This document shows, in pieces, positions 9,164-17,020 of a DNA stretch of 64,000 nucleotides. A program made the position numbers and the translations under genes. Source of the stretch: Candidatus Latescibacterota bacterium (GTDB lineage: Bacteria; Latescibacterota; UBA2968; UBA8231); assembly GCA_964291625.2 (NCBI GenBank), contig OZ220089.1, positions 2,496,001 through 2,560,000 on the forward strand. The letters are read 5' to 3'. How positions within the stretch are numbered: position 1 is the first letter of the stretch; every line of letters starts with the position of its first letter. The notes under the pieces were generated by a model that was not told where the DNA came from, did not search any database, and worked only from the letters and a program-made list of their open reading frames with translations.

Positions 9164-10015
9164 TCAGTCCTCGAGGGGCCGCAACTCCTCGTGGCGTGAG
9201 GGGTGTCGCAGCTTGCAGAAGGCCCGCTCCTTGAGCTGGCGGATGCGCTCCCGCGTGAGCCCCATGCGGTCGCCGATCTGCTCGAGGGTCATCGGCTCTG
9301 AACCGTCGAGGCCGAAGTAGAGCTGTATGATCTCGTGCTCGCGCTCGTCGAGACCCTCAAGAACCTTCTCCAACTGCTGCTGGCTGGAGGACCGGGTGAT
9401 GCACTCGTCCGGCTGCTCCTGGGCCGGGTCGGCCAACCGCTTGAGCAGGGTGGTGTCCTCGTCTTCGTCGAAGACGGCGCGGTCGAGTGACACGGCGCGC
9501 CGCCCGCTCAACATGGTGTCCCTCACCTCCGTGATGGACAGCTCCAGGGCCGCGGCGATCTCCTCGTCGTGGGGCTCGCCTTCGTTGGCGTTTCCGAGCT
9601 GCTGCGCGGTGCGGGCGATCTTGCGAAGGAGGTTGAGGCGGTTTAGCGGCAGGCGGACGGTGCGGCTGTCTTCGGCCAGGGCTTGCTGAATCGCCTGGCG
9701 GATCCACCACACCGCATAGGAGATGAACTTGTAACCCCGCGTGGCGTCGAACCTGTCCACGGCGGTCATCAGCCCGAGGTTGCCGGCGCTGATCAACTCC
9801 GAGAAGGACAGGCCGCGGTTGCGATACTGCTTGGCTACGGTGACGACGAACAGGAGATTGGCCTCTGCGAGCTCTTCGCGAGCCCGCTCGTCGCCGGCGG
9901 CGATGCGCTCGGCCAACTCGGCCTCTTTCTCCCGGGACAGCGGCTGTGAACTTGCGATCTCATTGAAATACGTCTGCAGACTGACATCCTCGTCCGTCCA
10001 GCTTTCGTAGTTCAC
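9164..10015 (-). CDS. RNA polymerase sigma70-family factor, RpoD/SigA-like, lacking region 1.1
   Basis: Regions 1.2, 2 (ANLLFVV.VAKQY, GNLGL..AVDRFD..RGYKFISYAVWWIRQ), 3 and 4 (TLEQIG..MGLTRERIRQ); GTG at 10015 fits SD AAGGAGTGAT better than 10027. Confidence 0.92.
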   Translation of the reverse strand: MNYESWTDEDVSLQTYFNEIASSQPLSREKEAELAERIAAGDERAREELAEANLLFVVTVAKQYRNRGLSFSELISAGNLGLMTAVDRFDATRGYKFISYAVWWIRQAIQQALAEDSRTVRLPLNRLNLLRKIARTAQQLGNANEGEPHDEEIAAALELSITEVRDTMLSGRRAVSLDRAVFDEDEDTTLLKRLADPAQEQPDECITRSSSQQQLEKVLEGLDEREHEIIQLYFGLDGSEPMTLEQIGDRMGLTRERIRQLKERAFCKLRHPSRHEELRPLED

Positions 10016-10359
10016 TTGGGCAATCACTCCTTGGCCGCGTGCCGTGGGGATGGCTCCCCTCCTGAACTGCCCGAAGGGGAAGGAAGGATTGGGCGTGACC
10101 CGAGAAGTTAACGCTTTCCGACGGGCTCGGCCACCTGAAAATTACCCCTCCCCGGCGTCCTCGTCCCCTCAGGCGAGACCACCCACGGGGGCCTCGCCTC
10201 CACCCCCGCGCGCCGAAACCCCGTGGCCGCCGCACCGGAGCTGTTGGTCAGCCCTGGCTGCGTCGAGGCCGTGCGCAGGGCTCACCCGCCCCTCCCAAGG
10301 GCAATCTACAAGCCCCTCTGTCGTATTGAATGGGCCGCAATTGCAATAATAACGCCCGC

Positions 10360-11487
10360 TCATGACCCTTCCTCCCGGTAGAGCGAGTAGAGAAACCGGC
10401 GATTGCGCCGGCGGCCCGTGATTTCCTGCAGTAGACCAAGCTCCTCCAGCCGGCCGACCAGCAGATTGGCGTTGGCAAAGGTTCGGTCGCAGATGCGGGC
10501 CACGTCGGACACCGTGACGAGAGGCTTGCGGACCAGCTCCCCCAGAAGTGCCCCGGCCGTCTGCCGCAGTCCCGCCATGTGCTGGCCGATCCGGTCCTCC
10601 TGCTCCTGGAGCTCCGCGTCCATCCGCTCCAGGCGGCGGGCAGCCGCAACGGCCGCGTCTTCCAGCCGCCGCGCGAAGTAGCGGATCCAGCCCTCCCAGT
10701 CCCCCTGAATCCGCGCCCCCTGCTGATGGCGGAAGTGCTCGCCAATGTCGGCGGCCATCGCCACCGAAGGAGTCAGCAGCTGCGGCCAGGCTCCGTGGGC
10801 GCTCTGCAGCATCCGCAACAGGCACAGGCGGCTGACCCGGCCGCTGCCGTCGACGAAGGGATGAAGGGACTCCAGTTGCAGCGAGACGAGGGCGATCCTG
10901 GCCAATGGCGGGAGTGGCGCATCCCTACCCCAGAAGGCCTGGAGCCGATCCACGTGCTCCGGGATTCTCTGCGGCAGTGGAGGTACGAAGTGCGCCGTTG
11001 CCGCGGTGCTCCCGGCCGGACCCAGCCAGATGATCGTCCGGCGGAACTCGCCGGGCCGGTCATCGCGGCCACGAAGGCGTGCAAAGAGGGCCTTGTGAAG
11101 GGATCGGAGCCCTCTCTGGCTCACGGCGTCGTCCTGCCCCTGGGCGGACTCCGGGAGCATGCTCCCGATCACTTTCGCGTAGTTCGCGCAGATCCGGGCC
11201 TCACCCCCGGGGACGCCGAGCCGATCCGCCTTGCTCCCGTCCAGTTCCCACCAGAGCAGGTCTCGCAGGGTGATCCGGCTGCCGTCAAGCCGGCAGGAGG
11301 CGACCGCCTCGCGCCGGCAGGCCAATGCGATCAGATCGCCGGCGGTCTCACGAGCTGCGATCTGGCCGTACAGGAAGCCGAGAGCCCGGTCGGCCGCGGA
11401 CAGGGCACGGAGGGTGACTCCGTCCAGCCGCAGTCCGGGAGGGGGCAGGGACGGGGGCTCGAAAGCTCTGACGGCTGACCGGGACAT
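10360..11487 (-). CDS. Fic family protein with Fic_N and C-terminal HTH (divergent motifs)
   Basis: AF.P..LPP N-terminus, REAVASCRLDG, PGEFRR..IWLG, HPFVDGSGRVSR, C-terminal LEELGLLQEITGRRRNRRF. Confidence 0.88.
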   Translation of the reverse strand: MSRSAVRAFEPPSLPPPGLRLDGVTLRALSAADRALGFLYGQIAARETAGDLIALACRREAVASCRLDGSRITLRDLLWWELDGSKADRLGVPGGEARICANYAKVIGSMLPESAQGQDDAVSQRGLRSLHKALFARLRGRDDRPGEFRRTIIWLGPAGSTAATAHFVPPLPQRIPEHVDRLQAFWGRDAPLPPLARIALVSLQLESLHPFVDGSGRVSRLCLLRMLQSAHGAWPQLLTPSVAMAADIGEHFRHQQGARIQGDWEGWIRYFARRLEDAAVAAARRLERMDAELQEQEDRIGQHMAGLRQTAGALLGELVRKPLVTVSDVARICDRTFANANLLVGRLEELGLLQEITGRRRNRRFLYSLYREEGS

Positions 11488-11638
11488 CCTCGAAGGGAGG
11501 GGCCGCCCTCACCGCACCCTCCTTTGGGTGCGGGCCCTTTCGGGTTTATCGAGGACAGACTTGTATCGATAGTATAACGCGCTTGGCCGCCTCGCCACCC
11601 CCTCGGACGATCGCCCGAGTCTGGTCCCGCTCTCTGCT

Positions 11639-12517
11639 TCACAGACCGAGGTTCAACTGCGTCCTGGCGCCAACCTCCGGGCGCCGGGTGCGGCTCCACT
11701 CCTGGAGATACTCTGCCAGGTGCTCCCTTCCGTCCCGGGCCGACTCTCGCTCGAGCAGGTCCCTCACGCGGTTCTCTTCCTCCCGGTACTGCTCCGAGTC
11801 GAAGAACCCACCGAAGTGGGCCACCCGGAGCCACAGCAGGTACGTCGTCAGGGCATCGAACTCGTTGTAGGCGATGATGGCCCCCAGGTCCCCCCTCGCC
11901 CACAGATCCTGGACGCTGTCCCCCGCGCCCGAGAACTTGCCGGGAATGCCGCAGGCCGACGCCATCTCGTGCAGGGACGGTCGACCGCGGCCCCGGCCAC
12001 CGAGGATCTCGATCAGGTCGACGTGCCAGTCTCCGCCCGCGAAGTAGTCGACTCCCTCCCAGGGTTTGTCGGGGCGCTCGGCAAAGGCGGCGGCCCGGAT
12101 TCCGTGAACCACCCCTCGCTGAACCAGAATGCGCAGATCCGCCGATCCCGAGTTGTAGCCCACCATCTGGGGCTTGGCTCGGCCGACTCCGTCCAGGAAT
12201 CGGCGGACGATCTCGGGCTCCGACGCCTGGCGCGCCTTCGGGTCCTTTGTCGCGGGCAGGGAGCGCAGCTGCAGGCGCACCGCCCCGCCCTCCTCCTCGG
12301 TGCGAGCCACCGCCGACAGCGAGACCAGGCGGCACATGACGGTCTTGAGATAGGGCCGCGGTTCCTCCTCCGTTGCCCCGCCCTGCCTGTACATCTCGGC
12401 CACGACCTCCTCGTCGGTCCAGTCGGAGGACACCGCGTACACCCGCCTTCCGGTGTCGGCATCGGGCACCCACTCGGCGTCGAAGGCCCAGGCGGTTTGA
12501 TGGACAGTCTTGAACAC
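11639..12517 (-). CDS. Predicted PolB-like 3'-5' exonuclease (DEDD family)
   Basis: AFDAEWVPD (ExoI), VGYNS...DL (ExoII), HVDL, CGIPGK, YNEFD (ExoIII). Confidence 0.8.
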   Translation of the reverse strand: MFKTVHQTAWAFDAEWVPDADTGRRVYAVSSDWTDEEVVAEMYRQGGATEEEPRPYLKTVMCRLVSLSAVARTEEEGGAVRLQLRSLPATKDPKARQASEPEIVRRFLDGVGRAKPQMVGYNSGSADLRILVQRGVVHGIRAAAFAERPDKPWEGVDYFAGGDWHVDLIEILGGRGRGRPSLHEMASACGIPGKFSGAGDSVQDLWARGDLGAIIAYNEFDALTTYLLWLRVAHFGGFFDSEQYREEENRVRDLLERESARDGREHLAEYLQEWSRTRRPEVGARTQLNLGL

Positions 12518-12570
12518 CTGATCTGGACGACCTTACAGGGTGCCTGGCGCCCCCGGTCCGAAGGCCGGCT

Positions 12571-13671
12571 TCAGACGGGACGGAAGTGGTCGCCCTCGCC
12601 GACCAGCCCCCGCGGCTCGAGGAGGACCCGTCCGGCGTGGTTGGAGCTGGCATGGCCGAGGACGAGGCCCTCGAACCCGTGCTCCGAGGCGATCCGGCGG
12701 ACGGCGCCGGCCTCGGTCTCGGGCACCACGACTCCGAAGCCGATGCCCATGTTGAACACTCGGTGCATCTCCTCGTCGGCCACCGGGCCGGCGCGCCGGA
12801 TGAGGTCGAAGACGGGCTGCGGCTCGGGCAGGGTGTGGAGGACGAAGCCGGTCCGGCTCCGGATGCGCAGCAGGTTCAGGAAGCCCCCGGAGGTCAAGTG
12901 GCTGAAGGCCCGAACCCGGAGACCAGCCCGCACCATGGCCATCGCCGGTCGAACGTAGATCGCCGTCGGCCGCAGCAACTCCTCGGCGACGGTGTGGCCG
13001 AACTCGGGTACGTGGTCCTCGGCATCCAGCCCGAGCGTCCCGAAGAGGACACGTCGAGCGAGGGAGTAGCCGTTGGAGTGGAGGCCGTTGCTCACGAGGC
13101 CGACCACGGCATCCCCGTCTTCGATGCCCTCCCCCACCACCAGTCGATCGAGATCGACCAGACCGGCGGCGGCGCCGACGAGATCGACGCCCCGGCCTTC
13201 TTCGATGCCGCGGATGATCTCCTTCATCTGCGACACCTCGCCCCCGGGGATGGAGATGTTGGCCATCTCGGCGCCCGCGGCCAAGCCCTGGCCGATCTGG
13301 TCGAAGATGTCGGGGTCGACCTTCTGCACGGCCAGGTAGTCGAGCATGGCCAGGGGCTCGGCGCCCACGCACACGAGATCGTTGACGTTCATGGCCACGC
13401 AGTCGATGCCGATGGTGTCGTAGCGGCTCACCATCTCCGCCACCAGGACCTTGGTACCCACGCCATCCGTTGTGAGCGCCAGTCCCCGGCGTTCATCCAG
13501 GCGGAGAACCGAGGCGTAGAGACCGCTCTCCAAGAGGCTCTCGCCGGCGCGGGAACCATCCTCCCGGCGGTGCCGGGGGCGGCTGACATGGGCGACGAGC
13601 CGGGCAAGGGCCACGTCCGCCGCCCCGGTCTCCACGGCGGTATCGGCGTAGGTCGTCCACGATGGGCTCAT
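12571..13671 (-). CDS. purM: Phosphoribosylformylglycinamidine cyclo-ligase (AIR synthetase)
   Basis: TDGVGTK, GIDCVAMNVNDL.C.GAEP, SNGLHSNGYSL.R, EM.RVFNMGIG. Confidence 0.95.
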   Translation of the reverse strand: MSPSWTTYADTAVETGAADVALARLVAHVSRPRHRREDGSRAGESLLESGLYASVLRLDERRGLALTTDGVGTKVLVAEMVSRYDTIGIDCVAMNVNDLVCVGAEPLAMLDYLAVQKVDPDIFDQIGQGLAAGAEMANISIPGGEVSQMKEIIRGIEEGRGVDLVGAAAGLVDLDRLVVGEGIEDGDAVVGLVSNGLHSNGYSLARRVLFGTLGLDAEDHVPEFGHTVAEELLRPTAIYVRPAMAMVRAGLRVRAFSHLTSGGFLNLLRIRSRTGFVLHTLPEPQPVFDLIRRAGPVADEEMHRVFNMGIGFGVVVPETEAGAVRRIASEHGFEGLVLGHASSNHAGRVLLEPRGLVGEGDHFRPV

Positions 13672-13744
13672 GATGATCCTTGGAGGTGCATCAAGGGGTC
13701 GAAGTCAACTTAGAACGGGGCTCAGATCCCGGCAACGAAGACCG

Positions 13745-16700
13745 TCACAGGCTGATGTACCGATCCGCACCGTCGGAGGAGGCCAGCCACAGGCCCCGTT
13801 CGGTGACCCGTTCTCCGCTCGCCCTCTCCCAGTGCTCGGAATAGGCGGCCACCTGGTCTCCGTAGCGCGCCGCCAGGCTCTCCATCGAATCCCCCTCCCC
13901 GCGGTGGGTCTTGTAGTCGACCACCTTCCAGGCACCTTCCCCGACGCGGTAGACCAAGTCGATCACCCCCCGGCGCACCCCCTCGCCGCGGGCTTCTCCG
14001 AAGGGCACCTCGGCATGCACCTCGTCCCCGGCCGCCCGCAGCTCGCCCCAGAGCTCGGACTCCCGGAAGCGGTCGATCGCCGTCATGGCCGCCTCCTCCA
14101 GGGCCCCGGGGTCCAGTCCCTCCTCCGCCAGAACACCACGGACGAAGGCGCGGAGGGCGGCTTCGTCCAGCCCCTCGAGACGCCGGGTCGCCAGGCTCTC
14201 CAGCAGCCGGTGGACCGCGGTCCCGTAGCTCCGCCCCCGTCCGCGGGTCTCCGGGTCCGCCTCGCCCGCCGCCAGCTCCTCCTCCTCGGTCACGACCATC
14301 TGGTAGTAGGAGGGCTCGGCCGCCGCCGCCAGTGACCGCTCCCGCTCCCGGCGGAGCTCGGCGAAGTCGGCGGCGGCAGGCGAGTCCCGCGGCGCCGGCG
14401 AGGCAGTGTCCGCAGCGGGAACGGGCAACTCGCGAGCCCCGCTCAACTGCTGGTCAAGCGGCGACCAGGGCCCGCCGCTGCCGGGGCCCGGCAGGGAGAC
14501 GACCAGTACGTCCCTGGCCCTGGTAGCGGCGACATAGACGAGGCGCAGATCCTCGGCGGCGGCGAACCGTTCCTCTTCGGCCTGGTCCTGCTCCCACCCT
14601 GCGGGCTCGGCCAGCACTTCGGGTCGAAAGCGGCCGCTCTTGGTGACCGCCATCGACAGGTACGGGGAGTCCCCCAGGCGGGACACGTGGGTGTCGACCG
14701 TCTGCCGCGCCGCCGATCGATCGGCGGAGTCGGCCAGGAACACCACCTTCGCCTCGAGGCCCTTGGCCTGGTGCAGGTTCATCACCCGGACCACGTTTGG
14801 GCGCCCCGTCTCGAGGGTCATCTCCTCTACTCTCAGCTCGTCCTCTTCGAGCAGATCCCGCAGACAGGCGGCGATGCGCGCCCAGTCGAGCCCGTGGCGG
14901 CCCTGCCACTCGCGCACCATCGACAGCACCCTCAGCAGATTGCCGACGCGGGAGGAACCCGCCCGCCGGCCGGCGGCCACCGCGGCCAGACCCGAGCCTT
15001 CGACGAAGCGCTCGAGGGCAGCGGCGGCCGGGCGCCGGTCCAGGTCACGGCGCAGTTGGCGCAGACTGCGGAGGGCGCCATCGAGGCGCTCGTTCAGCGG
15101 CGCCTCCAGACCCTCCGGCGCATCCCCGGTATAGCGGAACGGCCACCCCGCTTTCCGCAGGCGGTAGAGGTCATCGTCGCCGAGCCCGTAGAGGGGGCCC
15201 CGCAGGCTGGCGATCAGGGCCACGGGGTCATCCGGCCGCAGGACGGCCTCCAGGGCATCCACCAGGGCGCGCAGCTCTGCGGATGAGCGCAGCGACCCGG
15301 CGCCCGTGACGTCGTATGGGAGTCCGTGCTCCTCCAGGGCTCGGGAGTACTCGGACAGATACCGGCGGGTGCGGGTCAGGATCATGAAATCGCCGGGGCT
15401 GGCGCTCTCCCCGAGAACCTCGGCCACCCCGTTGAGGTCGGTGCCGCCCCTCAGGGCGGCGGCAATGAACACGGCGATCCGATCCGCCTCCTCCCGCGCC
15501 CGCTCCTTGCGTCCGCCTTCCCCCGGCCGCCCTCTCATCCGATAGACGCCGGCCCCGCTCTTCTCGGGAAGCTCTGGTGTCAGGCGGCGATACGCCGCCT
15601 GGAAGCGGGGGTCGTGGCTCTCGAACTGGGGCTCGAAGGCATCGTTCATCCACCCCACGACTCCGGGCCTCGACCGGAAGCTGGTGGTCAACTCCACGAC
15701 TTCGCCGCCTGAGTTGCTGACCTGTTCGCGGACCTGGCGGTAGACCTCGAGATCGGCGCGGCGGAAGCGGTAGATGGCCTGCTTCTCGTCCCCGACCAGG
15801 AACAGCCGGCCCGGCGCCGGGACCAGCCGCCGCCAGTCCCGCTCCCCGTGATCGTCCGCGGTCAGGTAGAGTAGAATCGCCGCCTGCAGCGGGTCGGTGT
15901 CCTGGAACTCGTCGACGAAGAGACGCCGGTACCGCCTCTGCAGGACCGCCCGGGCGCCGGGCGAGTCTCGCAGCAGCGATTCGGTGAGCTCCAGCAGGTC
16001 GTTGAAGGTCAGCGTCGCCGCCTCCATGCGGGACCGGCGGTAGAACCCCATCGCCTCGTCCACCAGGTCGCCGGTCAGGCGGTAGACGTACTGGCGCCAC
16101 TCTCTCAGCAAGGGCTTCAGGACGCCATCGCGGAAGGCGGACAGCTCGTCGCGCAGACGCCGCGCCGTCGCCTGCTCCGGACTGCCCCTTGGCCCCCAGC
16201 ATTTCAGGGTCACCGAGGTCTGGCTGGTCGAGGCCAGGGAGCTCAGCAGTCGCTCGCGGTCCGCGTCGCTCGGCGGGCCGGCGAAATCGACGAAATGGCG
16301 CAGGCGTCGGGCCGTCGCCATCAGGCTGTCCGGCCGGCCCTCCGGCAGCGGGTCGGGAGTCGCCGCCTCGATCTCGCGAACCAGCTCGCAGGCCCTCGCC
16401 GCCGCCGGCCCCAGGTCGGGCCGGGGCCCTTCGGTCGGTTTCAGCGCCAGATCGCTGAACTGGCAGCGCTTCCGGTAGAAGCCGTAGAACTGCTCGGCCG
16501 TGAGCCCCGTCTCCTCCATGGCCAGCAGGCGCTCGTCGCCGGCCGCCGACCTCTCCTGCAGGAAGCGGTCCCAGGCCTCACGCACCAGCCACACCTCGTC
16601 GCGTTCCTCCACCTCGCGGAAGTCCGGCGGCAGCCCCGCCTCGAAGGGACGCTCGCGCAGGAGGCCTGCGCAGAAGGCGTGGATGGTGCCGATGGCACAC

Positions 16701-17020
16701 TGGTCCACCCGCTGCACGGCTTGACGAAGACGCCGCCCTCGCCCCGAGTTGAGACGGGCCTCCTCCTCGGCCCTTTCCCGCAGGGCCCCGAGGAACCGGC
16801 TCCGCATCTCCCCGGCCGCCTTCCGCGTGAAGGTGATGGCCGCCATCTGGTCGATCTCCGCCGCCCCGGAGGCCACGGTCTCCACCATCCGCTCCACCAG
16901 GGCCCTGGTCTTGCCGGTGCCCGCACCCGCCTCGCACATCAGATTGACGTCGAGGTCCTCGCGGATGCGGCGGCGGGCCTCGTGGTCCGGTCGCAGCGGC
17001 GTGGTCATTCCCTCATCCAC
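13745..17020 (-). CDS. addA: ATP-dependent helicase/nuclease subunit A (AddA/RecB-like)
   Basis: AGAGTGKT, AITFTRKAA.EM, TIHAFC, VDEFQDTD..Q, VGD.KQAIYRFRRAD, HQAKGLE, YVAATRAR, C-terminal RecB nuclease GVIDL..VVDYKT; start 17008 or 17020. Confidence 0.88.
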   Translation of the reverse strand: MDEGMTTPLRPDHEARRRIREDLDVNLMCEAGAGTGKTRALVERMVETVASGAAEIDQMAAITFTRKAAGEMRSRFLGALRERAEEEARLNSGRGRRLRQAVQRVDQCAIGTIHAFCAGLLRERPFEAGLPPDFREVEERDEVWLVREAWDRFLQERSAAGDERLLAMEETGLTAEQFYGFYRKRCQFSDLALKPTEGPRPDLGPAAARACELVREIEAATPDPLPEGRPDSLMATARRLRHFVDFAGPPSDADRERLLSSLASTSQTSVTLKCWGPRGSPEQATARRLRDELSAFRDGVLKPLLREWRQYVYRLTGDLVDEAMGFYRRSRMEAATLTFNDLLELTESLLRDSPGARAVLQRRYRRLFVDEFQDTDPLQAAILLYLTADDHGERDWRRLVPAPGRLFLVGDEKQAIYRFRRADLEVYRQVREQVSNSGGEVVELTTSFRSRPGVVGWMNDAFEPQFESHDPRFQAAYRRLTPELPEKSGAGVYRMRGRPGEGGRKERAREEADRIAVFIAAALRGGTDLNGVAEVLGESASPGDFMILTRTRRYLSEYSRALEEHGLPYDVTGAGSLRSSAELRALVDALEAVLRPDDPVALIASLRGPLYGLGDDDLYRLRKAGWPFRYTGDAPEGLEAPLNERLDGALRSLRQLRRDLDRRPAAAALERFVEGSGLAAVAAGRRAGSSRVGNLLRVLSMVREWQGRHGLDWARIAACLRDLLEEDELRVEEMTLETGRPNVVRVMNLHQAKGLEAKVVFLADSADRSAARQTVDTHVSRLGDSPYLSMAVTKSGRFRPEVLAEPAGWEQDQAEEERFAAAEDLRLVYVAATRARDVLVVSLPGPGSGGPWSPLDQQLSGARELPVPAADTASPAPRDSPAAADFAELRRERERSLAAAAEPSYYQMVVTEEEELAAGEADPETRGRGRSYGTAVHRLLESLATRRLEGLDEAALRAFVRGVLAEEGLDPGALEEAAMTAIDRFRESELWGELRAAGDEVHAEVPFGEARGEGVRRGVIDLVYRVGEGAWKVVDYKTHRGEGDSMESLAARYGDQVAAYSEHWERASGERVTERGLWLASSDGADRYISL

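Noticed and set aside
12523-12538. CTG-N10-CAG (LexA-box-like) upstream of the exonuclease gene
   Set aside because: Only the minimal consensus, GC-rich spacer, and the LexA motif of this lineage is unknown; expected by chance
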